Source: an uncultured Fibrobacteria bacterium
Lineage (GTDB): Bacteria; Fibrobacterota; Fibrobacteria; UBA11236
Assembly (NCBI GenBank): GCA_963716395.1
Contig: OY970309.1
Coordinates: forward strand, 2,752,001-2,816,000
Direction: 5' to 3'
DNA: 64,000 bases
Shown: in pieces, positions 9,465-19,421 of the stretch
Layout of the letters: every line of letters starts with the position of its first letter
Position numbering within the stretch: position 1 is the first letter of the stretch
Position numbers and translations under genes: made by a program
Notes under the pieces: generated by a model
The model's database searches: none
Told to the model about the DNA's origin: nothing
The model's input: only the letters and a program-made list of their open reading frames with translations

Positions 9465-9687
9465 AGAAAACTCCCAGGCGAAAGCCCTAACAACGAACAC
9501 GGGCCTTGCGGCCCGCATTCAAACGGATTTAAACCTCTCCGTAGCTTGTCTAGAAAATAAACCCCTTTCCGCCTTATGGCCATCGGTTTTGTCCGGGAAG
9601 TGTGTAATTGTTCATTTCTGCAGGCCGGTTGTTATTTTCCCGCCCCAAAACACAGTTCGTTTTTCCGAAAACTTCGAAAGTGAAATT

Positions 9688-10863
9688 ATGCATGACGTAT
9701 CCTTTCCGCTGGGATTCAAGGCTGGCGGCACGGCTTGCGGGATTAAGAAAAACGGCCGACCCGATCTCGGCTGGATTGTCAGTGATCCTCCAGCGACGGC
9801 TTTGGGCGCGTTGACGCAAAACACCGCGGCGGCCGCGCCGGTGCGGTATTGCCGCCAGGTCTTGGCTTCGGGAGCCAAGGTTTCGCATGTGGTGGTGAAC
9901 AGCGGTAACGCCAATGCAGCCACCGGACCGCAAGGCGATGAAAACGTGTCGGCCACGGCGTCACATTTGCGGTCGGTCGCCGCAGTCCCGGGCGCGGTGT
10001 TGATTTGCTCCACCGGCGTGATCGGCGAGCCTTTGCCCATGGAATCGCTGCGGCGCGGCATCTTGGCTTTAAGTGCGGCAGCCACGGCCGATTTCGTGAC
10101 GGCCATCATGACCACCGACACTTTTCCCAAAACCGCGCAGACCTCCCTGAGGTTCGGCGATCGTGAAGTGCGTCTTGGCGGCGCGGCCAAAGGCGCGGGC
10201 ATGATATGCCCCAACATGGCCACCATGCTCGGCTTCGTCACCACCGATCTCGAATTGGATGCGGATTACCGGCCCCGGTTCCTGCACGTCGTGGATCGCA
10301 GTTTTAATTCCATCACGGTCGATGGCGATACCAGCACCAACGACACCGTCTTGTTATTGGCCAACGGCGCGTCCGGAATCCGCTATGTGGATCTTTCCGC
10401 GGCCGATCGCGATTTGTTCGACGGTGCCTTGTTGCAGCTCATGCGTCAGTTGGCTCAGGCCATTGTGCGCGACGGCGAAGGCGCCACGCATTTCATTTCC
10501 GTCGCCGTGCGGGGCGCGGCTTCGGAGGCCGACGCCAAGGCCGCGGCGCGGGCGGTGTCGAATTCCCCCCTCGTCAAGACCGCCTTCTTCGGCGGCGACG
10601 CCAACTGGGGGCGTGTGCTGGCGGCGGCCGGATATTCCGGCGCCGCGTTGGACCTGAACCGACTTTCGCTGGAGTTCTGCGGCGTCAAGGTGTTTGCAAA
10701 CGGCGCGCCCCTGCCGCGCGATGAAGAGGACCTGGCCCGCCGCATGCAGGCCAAAGACGTTTCCGTGAAGCTGGATTTGGGTCGGGGCGAGGCCGAATGG
10801 GTTTATTGGACTTGTGATTTCAGTTACGACTACGTGAAGATCAACGGCAGCTATCGGAGTTAA
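9688..10863 (+). CDS. argJ: Bifunctional ornithine acetyltransferase/N-acetylglutamate synthase
   Basis: NSGNANA, IMTTDT, KGAGMICPNMATML, DGDTSTNDT, DGEGA, NWGR; ATG at 9688. Confidence 0.96.
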   Translation: MHDVSFPLGFKAGGTACGIKKNGRPDLGWIVSDPPATALGALTQNTAAAAPVRYCRQVLASGAKVSHVVVNSGNANAATGPQGDENVSATASHLRSVAAVPGAVLICSTGVIGEPLPMESLRRGILALSAAATADFVTAIMTTDTFPKTAQTSLRFGDREVRLGGAAKGAGMICPNMATMLGFVTTDLELDADYRPRFLHVVDRSFNSITVDGDTSTNDTVLLLANGASGIRYVDLSAADRDLFDGALLQLMRQLAQAIVRDGEGATHFISVAVRGAASEADAKAAARAVSNSPLVKTAFFGGDANWGRVLAAAGYSGAALDLNRLSLEFCGVKVFANGAPLPRDEEDLARRMQAKDVSVKLDLGRGEAEWVYWTCDFSYDYVKINGSYRS

Positions 10864-11255
10864 GACACGAGCTGGCGCAGGCGGGCGGTGGTTTGCTCGC
10901 GGTCCAGCCGCGAGGCCGCGACGTCGAGCACGAGGTATTCCCACGCGTTCACCTGCAAGGTTTCTGGGGAGAGAAGATCGTTCTGTTCCAGAAAAACCAG
11001 GCAGACGGCCAAAGCCACGCGCTTATTTCCATCCAGGAAAGGATGGTTGCGGCACAGATAGAAGAGGTACGCAGCCGCGATTTCAATGCCATCGCTGAAA
11101 ACAGGCTCGCCAAAGGCGGTGGCTTGGGTGGCGGCCACACCGGATTCCAGTAAGGCGTCGTCACGAATACCTGACAACCCGCCATGGGCGGCAATCACTT
11201 CACGGTGGATCGCTTTTACGGCCGCCGGAGTCAGATGGACCCAGGGGTGGTTCAT
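10860..11255 (-). CDS. doc: Death-on-curing (Doc/Fic) toxin
   Basis: HPFLDGNKR motif (Doc-type NKR), 131 aa, ATGA-coupled to the antitoxin. Confidence 0.9.
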   Translation of the reverse strand: MNHPWVHLTPAAVKAIHREVIAAHGGLSGIRDDALLESGVAATQATAFGEPVFSDGIEIAAAYLFYLCRNHPFLDGNKRVALAVCLVFLEQNDLLSPETLQVNAWEYLVLDVAASRLDREQTTARLRQLVS

Positions 11256-11482
11256 TGAGAAAGGCGGCGGAATAATTCTTCGTTCTTGGCGATCCAATTC
11301 TTCGCGGAGCGAGCACCCTCATCTGGAGTTATCACGGGCCGAGTGGGAGTAAGTACGATGGTGCCGCCCTCGTGGACGGAAATGTTTATCTCATCACCCA
11401 CCTTGAGCCGGGCCAAATCCATCAGCGCGGCGTCGAGAATGATGCCTTGCGAGTTCCCGATTTTGGCGATGGTCTTGAGCAT
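11252..11482 (-). CDS. AbrB/MazE-family antitoxin
   Basis: KIGNSQGIIL swapped-hairpin motif and C-terminal ELFRRLS; directly upstream of doc. Confidence 0.88.
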   Translation of the reverse strand: MLKTIAKIGNSQGIILDAALMDLARLKVGDEINISVHEGGTIVLTPTRPVITPDEGARSAKNWIAKNEELFRRLSQ

Positions 11483-11603
11483 AACGTAATACTATGTTTT
11501 ACCTCGTCGAAAGTCAAGCAACTAAGCCCGCTTCCGGGTTTCATCGATTTTCCGCCGCAGGCCGCCCGACTTCGCTAAATTTTAGGCCCCCGAAAGGAAA
11601 CCC

Positions 11604-12851
11604 ATGTCTGCTTTGACCGCACTTTTGTCCCAAACCGATCCCGAAGTCGCGGCCCTCGTCGCCCAGGAAGGACGTCGCCAGGAAGAAGGCATCGAACTCA
11701 TCGCTTCGGAAAACTACGTGAGTCGGGCCGTGCTCGACGCCATGGGGTCGGTATTCACCAACAAGTATTCCGAAGGTTATGCGGGCAAACGGTATTACGG
11801 CGGCAACGAAGTCGTCGACGCCATGGAATCGCTGGCCGTGGCGCGCGCCAAAGAGTTATTCGGGGCCGAACACGTCAACGTGCAGCCCCTGTCGGGTTCA
11901 CCGGCCAACTTGGCGGTGTACATGGCCGTGGCCAAACCCGGCGACAAAGTGCTGGGCCTCAAACTGGATCACGGCGGCCATCTTTCCCATGGCCATCCGG
12001 TGAATTTTTCCGGCCTCAATTACAACTTCGCGCAATACGAAGTCGACGAAAAGACCGGACGCATCGACATGAACCGCGTGCGCGACATCGCCTTGCGCGA
12101 AAAGCCGCGCCTGATCATCGCGGGCTTTTCCGCCTATTCGCGCGACATCGACTGGAAGGCGTTCAAAAGCATCGCCGACGAAGTCGGGGCCGTGACCTTC
12201 GCCGACATCGCCCACATCGCGGGCCTTATCGCCGGCAAGGTGCTGGAAAACCCGGTGCCGATTTTCGACATCGTCACGACCACCACGCATAAAACTTTGC
12301 GCGGGCCGCGTGGCGCCGTCATTCTGTGCAAGGCCGCCTTCCAGAAAGACATCGACCGCACCGTGTTCCCCGGCATTCAGGGCGGGCCGCATGATCACAT
12401 CAATGCCGCCAAAGCCGTATGCTTTCGCGAAGCCTTGCAGCCGTCGTTCCAAAACTACGCGCGGCAAGTCATCCGCAACGCGCAAGCCATGGCCGCCGAG
12501 CTGATGAACCGCGGCTACCGCATTCTCTCCGGCGGCACCGACAACCATCTCATGGTGGTCGATTTGCGCAGCCAGGATTTGGCGGGCAAGGCCGCCGAGG
12601 TGGCGCTCGACAAGGTCGGCATTTCGTGCAGCCGCAGCACCATTCCCTTCGACACGCGCAAGGCCTTGGATCCGTCGGGCATCCGCCTGGGAACTCCGGC
12701 CATGACCACGCGCGGCATGGGCGAGGCCGAAGCCCGGCTCATTGCGGGCTGGGTCGACGCCGCCGTTCACCACGCCGGCGACGAAACCGCGCTGGCCAAG
12801 ATTCATAACGAAGTGCGGGAACTATGCCGACGCTTTCCCCTGTACGCGTAA
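11604..12851 (+). CDS. glyA: Serine hydroxymethyltransferase
   Basis: IELIASEN, NKYSEGY, GGHLSHG, TTTHKTLRGPRG. Confidence 0.98.
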   Translation: MSALTALLSQTDPEVAALVAQEGRRQEEGIELIASENYVSRAVLDAMGSVFTNKYSEGYAGKRYYGGNEVVDAMESLAVARAKELFGAEHVNVQPLSGSPANLAVYMAVAKPGDKVLGLKLDHGGHLSHGHPVNFSGLNYNFAQYEVDEKTGRIDMNRVRDIALREKPRLIIAGFSAYSRDIDWKAFKSIADEVGAVTFADIAHIAGLIAGKVLENPVPIFDIVTTTTHKTLRGPRGAVILCKAAFQKDIDRTVFPGIQGGPHDHINAAKAVCFREALQPSFQNYARQVIRNAQAMAAELMNRGYRILSGGTDNHLMVVDLRSQDLAGKAAEVALDKVGISCSRSTIPFDTRKALDPSGIRLGTPAMTTRGMGEAEARLIAGWVDAAVHHAGDETALAKIHNEVRELCRRFPLYA

Positions 12852-13960
12852 TCCCCGGGGCCGAAGCCCTGGCGGCGCGGGCCGCGCAGGTGCGCCGGGA
12901 ATTTTTTATCGGGAATCGGCGGATTTACCCCAACGCCTATTTGGCGCCCATGTCGGGCGTCACCGACATTTGCTTTCGACGGCTGGTGTCGCGCATCGCG
13001 AGCGGACGCACGGGCATGTTGATTTCGGAATTCATCTCGGTCGAGGGACTGACGCGCGACAACCCCAAGTCGATGCGGCAGATGGCTTTTGCCGAAGAGG
13101 AGCGCCCGTTCTCGCTGCAAATCTTCGGCGGGGAAGCGGCGCGCATGGCCTGGGGCGCGAAAATCGCCGAAGACACCGGCGCGGATTTCGTCGAGATCAA
13201 TTGCGGCTGCCCGGCCCCCAAGGTCGTCAACAAAGGCGGCGGATCGGGGCTGCTCAAAGACCTGCCCAACCTGGCGCTCATCCTGCGGGCGGTGAAAGCC
13301 GCGGTCTCGGTTCCCGTCACGCTCAAAGTGCGCATCGGCTGGAACGACGATCTCATCACCTTGTTCGAGACCCTGAACATCGCCGAGGGTGAAGGCGCGG
13401 CGGCCTTCGTCATCCACGGCCGCACGCGCGCGCAAGGTTATCGCGGCCTGGCGAACTGGGACCTGATCGGCCAGGCCAAGGCGCGCGCGCATATTCCCGT
13501 GGTGGGCAACGGCGACATCGTGCGCGTGGATCACATTCTCGATCGCCTGGAAACCTACGGCGTCGACGGCGTGGCCGTGGGCCGGGGAGCCATGCACAAT
13601 CCCTGGATCTTCGCCCACATCGCCGACCTCTACGACGGCAAGGTTCCCGTGGAACCGAATCGCGAAAATTACCTCTGGCTGTTCGACACCTACCGCGATC
13701 TTCTGCGCGAAGAAATGGATCTCGAAGTGCGCGTGCTGGGCAAGCTCAAGCAAATGGCCGCGCGCGTCTTGAAAGGCTTACGCGGCGCTTCGCTGGCGCG
13801 GCTGTCATTGCTGCGGTCGCAATCCGAAACCGAATTTTTCGACCTGCTGCAAGCCTATTTCGCGTCGCTCGAAGACCTCACCCCGCAGCTCGACGCCCTG
13901 GAAGATCTGAATGGCGGCGAAGTCAACGCGGTCGAATTCGGCAACGCGTATAAGAATTAG
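12824..13960 (+). CDS. dusB: tRNA-dihydrouridine synthase (DusB-like)
   Basis: LAPMSGVTD, INCGCP, GGSGLL, HGRT, GNGDI, GRG. Start codon uncertain. Confidence 0.88.
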   Translation: MPTLSPVRVIPGAEALAARAAQVRREFFIGNRRIYPNAYLAPMSGVTDICFRRLVSRIASGRTGMLISEFISVEGLTRDNPKSMRQMAFAEEERPFSLQIFGGEAARMAWGAKIAEDTGADFVEINCGCPAPKVVNKGGGSGLLKDLPNLALILRAVKAAVSVPVTLKVRIGWNDDLITLFETLNIAEGEGAAAFVIHGRTRAQGYRGLANWDLIGQAKARAHIPVVGNGDIVRVDHILDRLETYGVDGVAVGRGAMHNPWIFAHIADLYDGKVPVEPNRENYLWLFDTYRDLLREEMDLEVRVLGKLKQMAARVLKGLRGASLARLSLLRSQSETEFFDLLQAYFASLEDLTPQLDALEDLNGGEVNAVEFGNAYKN

Positions 13961-14157
13961 GCGGCGGATCTGTTTCCGTGGATCCAAGCGGTCTTTATTC
14001 TTCGCGAGCGAGTTTCGCAGGGCCAAAGGCCCAAGGACGTGTTTGAGCGTGCAAAGAAAAAGGTTTCCCGGCTCCATGCGTCGCACCGAGGAGGCGTCTC
14101 AACGGCTATTCCACTAGGGCAATGGTTGGAAACACCTCCGACAAGACCCGGCGCGGG

Positions 14158-15522
14158 TCACGTCTCTTCGGAAATCAATTCGGTGTCGGCCGGGGGCAGC
14201 AAACCCTTTTCACGGTAGATGGGGCGCATCAACGCCCGGATTTTGGGCAGTTCCCAGGTGAAGATGGCCGCACCCAGCAGACAGCATGCGCCGGTGGCCA
14301 TGACGGTGCGGGGCGCGCCGATGCGATGCGCCAGCGCGCCGGCCATGAGGCTGCCGAACGGGGCCGCGCCGAAAAAGGCCATGGTGTAATAACTCATCAC
14401 GCGGCCGCGCATGTTTTCGCTGACCAGCGACTGGATGACGGTGTTGGTGGCGGCCGCGCCTTGCATGAGGCCGAAGCCGGTGAATGCCAAGAGCAGCAGC
14501 GACAGCCACAGATGCCGCGACAGGCCGAACAGCACCAACGACGCGCCCAGCGTGGCGGACGCGATTTGAATCATGCGCGTCAACCCGAGCACCGATTTGC
14601 GCAGCATCAGGGAAAAACCCGAAACCAACGCACCCACGCCCGATGCGCCGGTGAGCCAGCCCAACGTATGCGCGCCGCCATGCAGCACCTGGCCCGCGAA
14701 AATCGGGAGCAGCACTCCGTATGGATAGCCCATCAGGCCGGTGAGCGCAAAGAGCAGCAGCAAGGTACGGATGGGCCGGAAACTGCGGACGTAATTCCAG
14801 CCCTCGCGCATTTGTTCGAACAGGGTGCGGGCCTGGTGGGAAAGCGTTCCCGGCGCGACGCGCATGCGCAGCAGCGAAGCGATGACGGCGAAGTAGCTGA
14901 GGCCGTCGATGAGAAAACACCAGCCTTCGCTGAACGCGGCAATCAATGCGCCGGCAATGGCCGGGCCGATCAGGCGCGCGCCGTTGGCCATGGAAGAATT
15001 GATGGCGATGGCCGAGCCTAGGTCGGCGCGATCGTCGACCATGTGCACGAGAAACGATTGGCGTCCGGGCATATCGAACGCGTTGATGGCGCCTTGCAGC
15101 AGGCTGAGCGCGATGATTTCGTCGATGGTGATGGTATGCGCCAGGGTCAAGGCGGCCAGGGCCAGCGATTGCAGGGCCGCGCCGGCTTGCGTCCAGAGGA
15201 GCAATTTGCGGCGGTTGAGGCGCTCAACCCACACGCCGGCAAAGGGTCCGAACACGAAGGCAAGGATTTGTCCGGAAAAGCTGACGACGCCGAGCAGCAA
15301 CGCCGAATGCGTCAGACGATACACCAGCCAGCCCGTAGCCAGTCGCGTCATCCAGTTGCCGATGAGGGAAACGCTTTGGCCAAAAACGAAAAGGCGAAAG
15401 TTGCGGTGCCGCAGGGCTTTCCACGCATGGGGCATGGGCGGCCGCCGGAAAAACTTTTTGACGGCAGGCGCGCCGTGAACAGGCGTGTTACCGTGCTGCG
15501 TATGGTTGCGGGCCGGACTCAT
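14158..15522 (-). CDS. MFS transporter
   Basis: About 12 hydrophobic segments; ALRHRNFRLF...GQSVSLIG N-terminus. Overlaps the MarR stop; alternative start near 15435. Confidence 0.9.
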   Translation of the reverse strand: MSPARNHTQHGNTPVHGAPAVKKFFRRPPMPHAWKALRHRNFRLFVFGQSVSLIGNWMTRLATGWLVYRLTHSALLLGVVSFSGQILAFVFGPFAGVWVERLNRRKLLLWTQAGAALQSLALAALTLAHTITIDEIIALSLLQGAINAFDMPGRQSFLVHMVDDRADLGSAIAINSSMANGARLIGPAIAGALIAAFSEGWCFLIDGLSYFAVIASLLRMRVAPGTLSHQARTLFEQMREGWNYVRSFRPIRTLLLLFALTGLMGYPYGVLLPIFAGQVLHGGAHTLGWLTGASGVGALVSGFSLMLRKSVLGLTRMIQIASATLGASLVLFGLSRHLWLSLLLLAFTGFGLMQGAAATNTVIQSLVSENMRGRVMSYYTMAFFGAAPFGSLMAGALAHRIGAPRTVMATGACCLLGAAIFTWELPKIRALMRPIYREKGLLPPADTELISEET

Positions 15523-15947
15523 GATTCCGCCAGGCGTTTGAGAATGGCGCCGGAGGCGAACAGGGTTGCGCGATCTTGGGCGTCGAGCCCGGCCAGGGCT
15601 TGGGCCAGCCAGGTTCGCCGGGCGAGGCGTACGCTTTTCCGCAGGGCGACGCCTTGGGCGGTCAGTATGAGATTCACCTGACGGCCGTCGGAGGGATGCG
15701 GCTTGCGCGCGACCAAGCCCCGCGCTTCAAGGGCCGCGAGCGTGGCTCCCATCGACTGCGGCTTCACGCCTTCGGCGCGCGCCAATTCCGCCGTGGTCGC
15801 CGGCCCGTCCGTGGCGATGCGCCGCAGCGTCGAAGACTCGGTCCAAGAAAGCCCATGCGCCGCCGCGGCGGCGCGCAGGCGGCGGGCCAGAAGTCCGATG
15901 GCATGGCTGAAATCGGCGACGGCGGCTTCAGGAATCTTGCGCGGCAT
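15519..15947 (-). CDS. MarR-family transcriptional regulator
   Basis: ELARAEGVKPQSM...LEARGLV...DGR winged-helix motif. Confidence 0.92.
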   Translation of the reverse strand: MPRKIPEAAVADFSHAIGLLARRLRAAAAAHGLSWTESSTLRRIATDGPATTAELARAEGVKPQSMGATLAALEARGLVARKPHPSDGRQVNLILTAQGVALRKSVRLARRTWLAQALAGLDAQDRATLFASGAILKRLAES

Positions 15948-15968
15948 TCCGAACGCAGGATACCAAAA

Positions 15969-16009
15969 AACAGGTAAACTGACAAGTTAAACTTGCAAGT
16001 TTACCTGTT
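15969..16009. promoter_or_regulatory. Putative MarR autoregulatory operator
   Basis: Inverted repeat AACAGGTAAACT (15969-15980) / AGTTTACCTGTT (15998-16009), plus the perfect palindrome AAACTTGCAAGTTT (15989-16002), about 20 bp upstream of marR. Confidence 0.65.
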
Positions 16010-16072
16010 GATCGCGGCGCTTTCACGCCGGCACGAATCTTGGGCCGCGGGATGGGATGTGGGAAGATTAAA

Positions 16073-16129
16073 GGGTACCTCTAGTAATCGGTCCGCCGTA
16101 GGCGGAGAATGCGATTAGTAGAGGCACCC
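16073..16129. mobile_element. 57-bp MITE-like element
   Basis: 18-bp terminal inverted repeats (16/18 match), internal hairpin TCCGCC-GTA-GGCGGA, and TAAA direct repeats at 16069-16072 and 16130-16133. Confidence 0.5.
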
Positions 16130-16239
16130 TAAAGATTTCCGGGATCCGAACGCCTCGATTTGAATATCGGGAAAGAAACTGGGCGGGCGTGGTTTTATTC
16201 GACCGTTCTCATCGGACGAAGCTCATCCTGAGCCGGAGT

Positions 16240-17610
16240 TCAGTGGCTCGTGCCGATGGTAAGGTGGCCGAACTCCCGGAGCTTGGACAGCACTTCGTCC
16301 TGGATTTGATCGCAACGCGCTTGCGTTTTGCCTTCAAAGCGCGTCACCAGGCTGGGCTGGGTATTGGAGGCCCGCACCAAACCCCAGCCGCCCTCGAAGA
16401 GAATGCGCACGCCGTCGATGTCGATCACCGGGTATTTCGCCGTGAAATAAGCTGCCGCCGCCTGCGCGATGCGGAATTTTTCCGCGTCGTTTTCGCAGCC
16501 GCAGCGGATTTCCGGTGTGTTGAAATACAGGGGCACGCCCGCCAAAAGCTGTGACGGCGTCTGGCCGGTTTTGTCGAGGATTTCCAGCAGGCGGCAGCCG
16601 GCGTAGATGGCGTCGTCGTAACCGAAGTAGCGGTCGGCGAAAAACATGTGTCCGCTGACTTCGCCGGCCAAGGGCGCGTTCTCCTCGGACATTTTTTTCT
16701 TGAGCAGCGAATGCCCGACCTTCCAGAGAATGGGCCGGCCGCCGGCGCGGGTGATTTCCTCTTCCAGCGCCATGGAAGATTTGACTTCGAAAATGATTTT
16801 GGCGCCGGGCTGATCGCGCAGAATGTCTTTGGCGAAAATCAAAGTCAGAAGGTCGCCGGCAATGAGTTTGCCGTTCTCGTCGATGACGCCGATGCGATCC
16901 GCGTCGCCATCGAGCCCGATGCCGACGCGGCTGCCTGTTGATTTCACTTTGGCCGACAGGTCTTGGACGTTTTCCCAGATGGTGGGATCGGGGTGGTGGT
17001 TGGGAAAATTGCCGTCCACCGTATCGTAAATCGAAATCACTTCGGCCCCGATGCGCTCGTAGATGCGCTTCGCGAACAGCGCGCCTGCGGCGTTGGCCGG
17101 GTCAAGCACCATCTTGATCTTGGCTTTCAAATGGAAGCGCGCGGCCAGGTAGTCGCTATAATCTTCGGTGATGTCTTGCCTGCGGGTATGGCCCGTTCCC
17201 GTCGCGAAGGTTCCGGCTTCGGCCAGGTCGCGGATGGCCGTGATGTCTTCGCCGAACAAGGTGGTTTTGCCCACGCCGAGTTTGATGCCGTTGTACTCCT
17301 TGGGATTGTGGCTGGCCGTGATCATGGCGAAACCGTCGACGGGCAGGCGAAAGGCGCTGAAGTAACACAGGGGAGACGTCACGGCGCCGAGATCGATGAC
17401 GTCGAGGCCGGTGGCGTTGGCGGCCGCGATGAAGGCGTCCATCAGCCCGCGGGTATGGGTGCGCACGTCACCGCCCACGGAAATGGTCTTGGCGCCGCGC
17501 CGGCGCAATTGGGTGCCGAAGGCCTTGGCGATGCGGGTTACGGCGTCGGCGTTCAGGTCTTGCGGCACGCGTCCGCGAATGTCGTATTCACGAAAGATGG
17601 ATGGGTTCAT
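16240..17610 (-). CDS. Phosphomannomutase/phosphoglucomutase
   Basis: IFREYDIRG, ITASHNP, DGDADR, GEVSGH, RASNT; ATG at 17610. Confidence 0.95.
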   Translation of the reverse strand: MNPSIFREYDIRGRVPQDLNADAVTRIAKAFGTQLRRRGAKTISVGGDVRTHTRGLMDAFIAAANATGLDVIDLGAVTSPLCYFSAFRLPVDGFAMITASHNPKEYNGIKLGVGKTTLFGEDITAIRDLAEAGTFATGTGHTRRQDITEDYSDYLAARFHLKAKIKMVLDPANAAGALFAKRIYERIGAEVISIYDTVDGNFPNHHPDPTIWENVQDLSAKVKSTGSRVGIGLDGDADRIGVIDENGKLIAGDLLTLIFAKDILRDQPGAKIIFEVKSSMALEEEITRAGGRPILWKVGHSLLKKKMSEENAPLAGEVSGHMFFADRYFGYDDAIYAGCRLLEILDKTGQTPSQLLAGVPLYFNTPEIRCGCENDAEKFRIAQAAAAYFTAKYPVIDIDGVRILFEGGWGLVRASNTQPSLVTRFEGKTQARCDQIQDEVLSKLREFGHLTIGTSH

Positions 17611-17733
17611 GCTGTTCCCGGGGTACGGTTTTGAAATCAAAATGCAAAGTGCAAATTGCAAAAATCAAGCTTTTTTTCCGAACAATTTTCGCTTTGCGGT
17701 TGGATCTTGGCCGCTTGAACCTGGCCTACCCAA

Positions 17734-18969
17734 TCACCCTTCGATCACCGTGTTTTTCGAGATGACCACGATGCCGGTGTCGCTGATGTGAAAGCGCCGG
17801 CGATCCTGCTCTGGGTCCATGCCCACCTGAAAGCCGGGCGGAATGCGGACGCCTTTTTCCACGATGGCCCGATGCACCCGGGCGCCGCGGCCCACGTCGA
17901 CATCGGGGAACAAGATGCTGTCGGTGACCAGCGAATGGCTGTGCAGATAATCTCCGGGCGAGAGAATGGAGCGCACCGCGCGGCCGCCGGACAAAATGCA
18001 GCCTTCGCTCACGATGGCGTCTTCGGCCGTGCCGCGCCGGTTCTCGGGATCGTTTTCGCCGAATACGAATTTGGCCGGCGGCAGGTTCCAATTCACGGTG
18101 CGTAGCGGCCATTTCGGATTGTACAGGTTGAAGATCGGCGAGATGGCGCGGCAATCCATATTGGCTTCGTAGAAAGCCTCCAAAGTGCCGATGTCGCGCC
18201 AGTAGCTGTGCGAAGTCTCGGTTTCGCCGCGGATATGGTTGGTGTAGAAATCGTACACATAAACCGGATGTCGGTTGTAAATGGCGGGCAGGATGTCACG
18301 GCCGAAGTCATGGTGCGAATTCGCCAATTCGCTGTCCGACAACAGCTCGCGTACCAGGAATTTGGAATGGAAGAGATAATTGCCCATGGAAGCCAGCGCC
18401 CAGCCCGGGCGGCCGGGAATGCTTTTGGGCTGCTCGGGTTTTTCTTCGAAACCGATCATCCGCCCTTCGGCATCGACGGCCAACACGCCGAAGGCCGAGG
18501 CGTCTTTGACCGGCACGGGGATGGCCGCGATGGTGGCCACCGCGGATTTCTGCAGGTGGTACGCCAGCATTTGGTTGATGTCCATTTTATAGACGTGATC
18601 GCCACCGAACACGGCCACCACGTCGGGCCGTACATCCCGGATGAGGTTGACGTTCTGGTAAATCGCGTCCGCGGTGCCCGTGTACCAATTCATGCCCATG
18701 CGCATCTGCGCCGGAACCAAGTCGACATATTGATCCAGATTGCGGTTCATGTCCCAGGCCGCGGCGACGTGGCGGTTCAGTGAGTCGGACTTGAATTGGG
18801 TCAACACCTTGATGCGGTAAAAGCCGGAATTGACGAAATTGTTGAGAACGAAATCGATCACGCGGTATTTGCCCGCGAAGTGGACGGCGGGTTTGGCCCG
18901 ATCCTGGGTCAGCGGTTGCAACCGAGAACCTTGGCCACCGGCCAAAATCATTGCCAGCAAATTTTCCAT
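17734..18969 (-). CDS. glgC: Glucose-1-phosphate adenylyltransferase
   Basis: [43 protein letters not shown]. Confidence 0.97.
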   Translation of the reverse strand: MENLLAMILAGGQGSRLQPLTQDRAKPAVHFAGKYRVIDFVLNNFVNSGFYRIKVLTQFKSDSLNRHVAAAWDMNRNLDQYVDLVPAQMRMGMNWYTGTADAIYQNVNLIRDVRPDVVAVFGGDHVYKMDINQMLAYHLQKSAVATIAAIPVPVKDASAFGVLAVDAEGRMIGFEEKPEQPKSIPGRPGWALASMGNYLFHSKFLVRELLSDSELANSHHDFGRDILPAIYNRHPVYVYDFYTNHIRGETETSHSYWRDIGTLEAFYEANMDCRAISPIFNLYNPKWPLRTVNWNLPPAKFVFGENDPENRRGTAEDAIVSEGCILSGGRAVRSILSPGDYLHSHSLVTDSILFPDVDVGRGARVHRAIVEKGVRIPPGFQVGMDPEQDRRRFHISDTGIVVISKNTVIEG

Positions 18970-19136
18970 GGGAGTTTCGGCGAAAAAAATGGAAGAATTG
19001 AGTTCAAAAGCAGGTCAAGTTGGCGACGGAATGGGGCGTTCATCAACACAAGTAAACCTAAAAAACGCAGCCAAGTACAGCATAATCCGTTATGGATTTG
19101 GCATATTTTGATGGCAGGGAGGAGAAGGTGAAACGA

Positions 19137-19211
19137 TGGTAGTGCGTAGGGGAGTTGAACCCCTGCTTCCGCCGTGAGAGGGCAGCGTCCTAACCACTAG
19201 ACGAACACACC
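19137..19211 (-). tRNA. tRNA-Glu (anticodon CTC)
   Basis: Reverse complement GGTGTGTTCGTCTAGTGGTTAGGACGCTGCCCTCTCACGGCGGAAGCAGGGGTTCAACTCCCCTACGCACTACCA folds as a cloverleaf with T-loop GTTCAAC and an encoded CCA. Confidence 0.95.
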
Positions 19212-19226
19212 AAACCCATGCGACTT

Positions 19227-19262
19227 AAACTGTGAAACACAATCAAACTGTGAAACACAATC
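19227..19262. repeat. Perfect 18-bp tandem duplication AAACTGTGAAACACAATC x2
   Basis: Read directly; each unit contains TGTG-N3-CACA. Confidence 0.9.
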
Positions 19263-19421
19263 CGTACATGCCAATTTTAGCAATAATGTTAGATTCCCCA
19301 ACGATGTCTCGGTTACTTCCGCTTCGGACCGGCCTGAAGTCGAAGAAACCATGGCTTTTCCCGACCAGCTTTTCCTGTTCCCGAGGTCGCAAAGGCCCCA
19401 AGGAGATTGGGTGACGCATCT

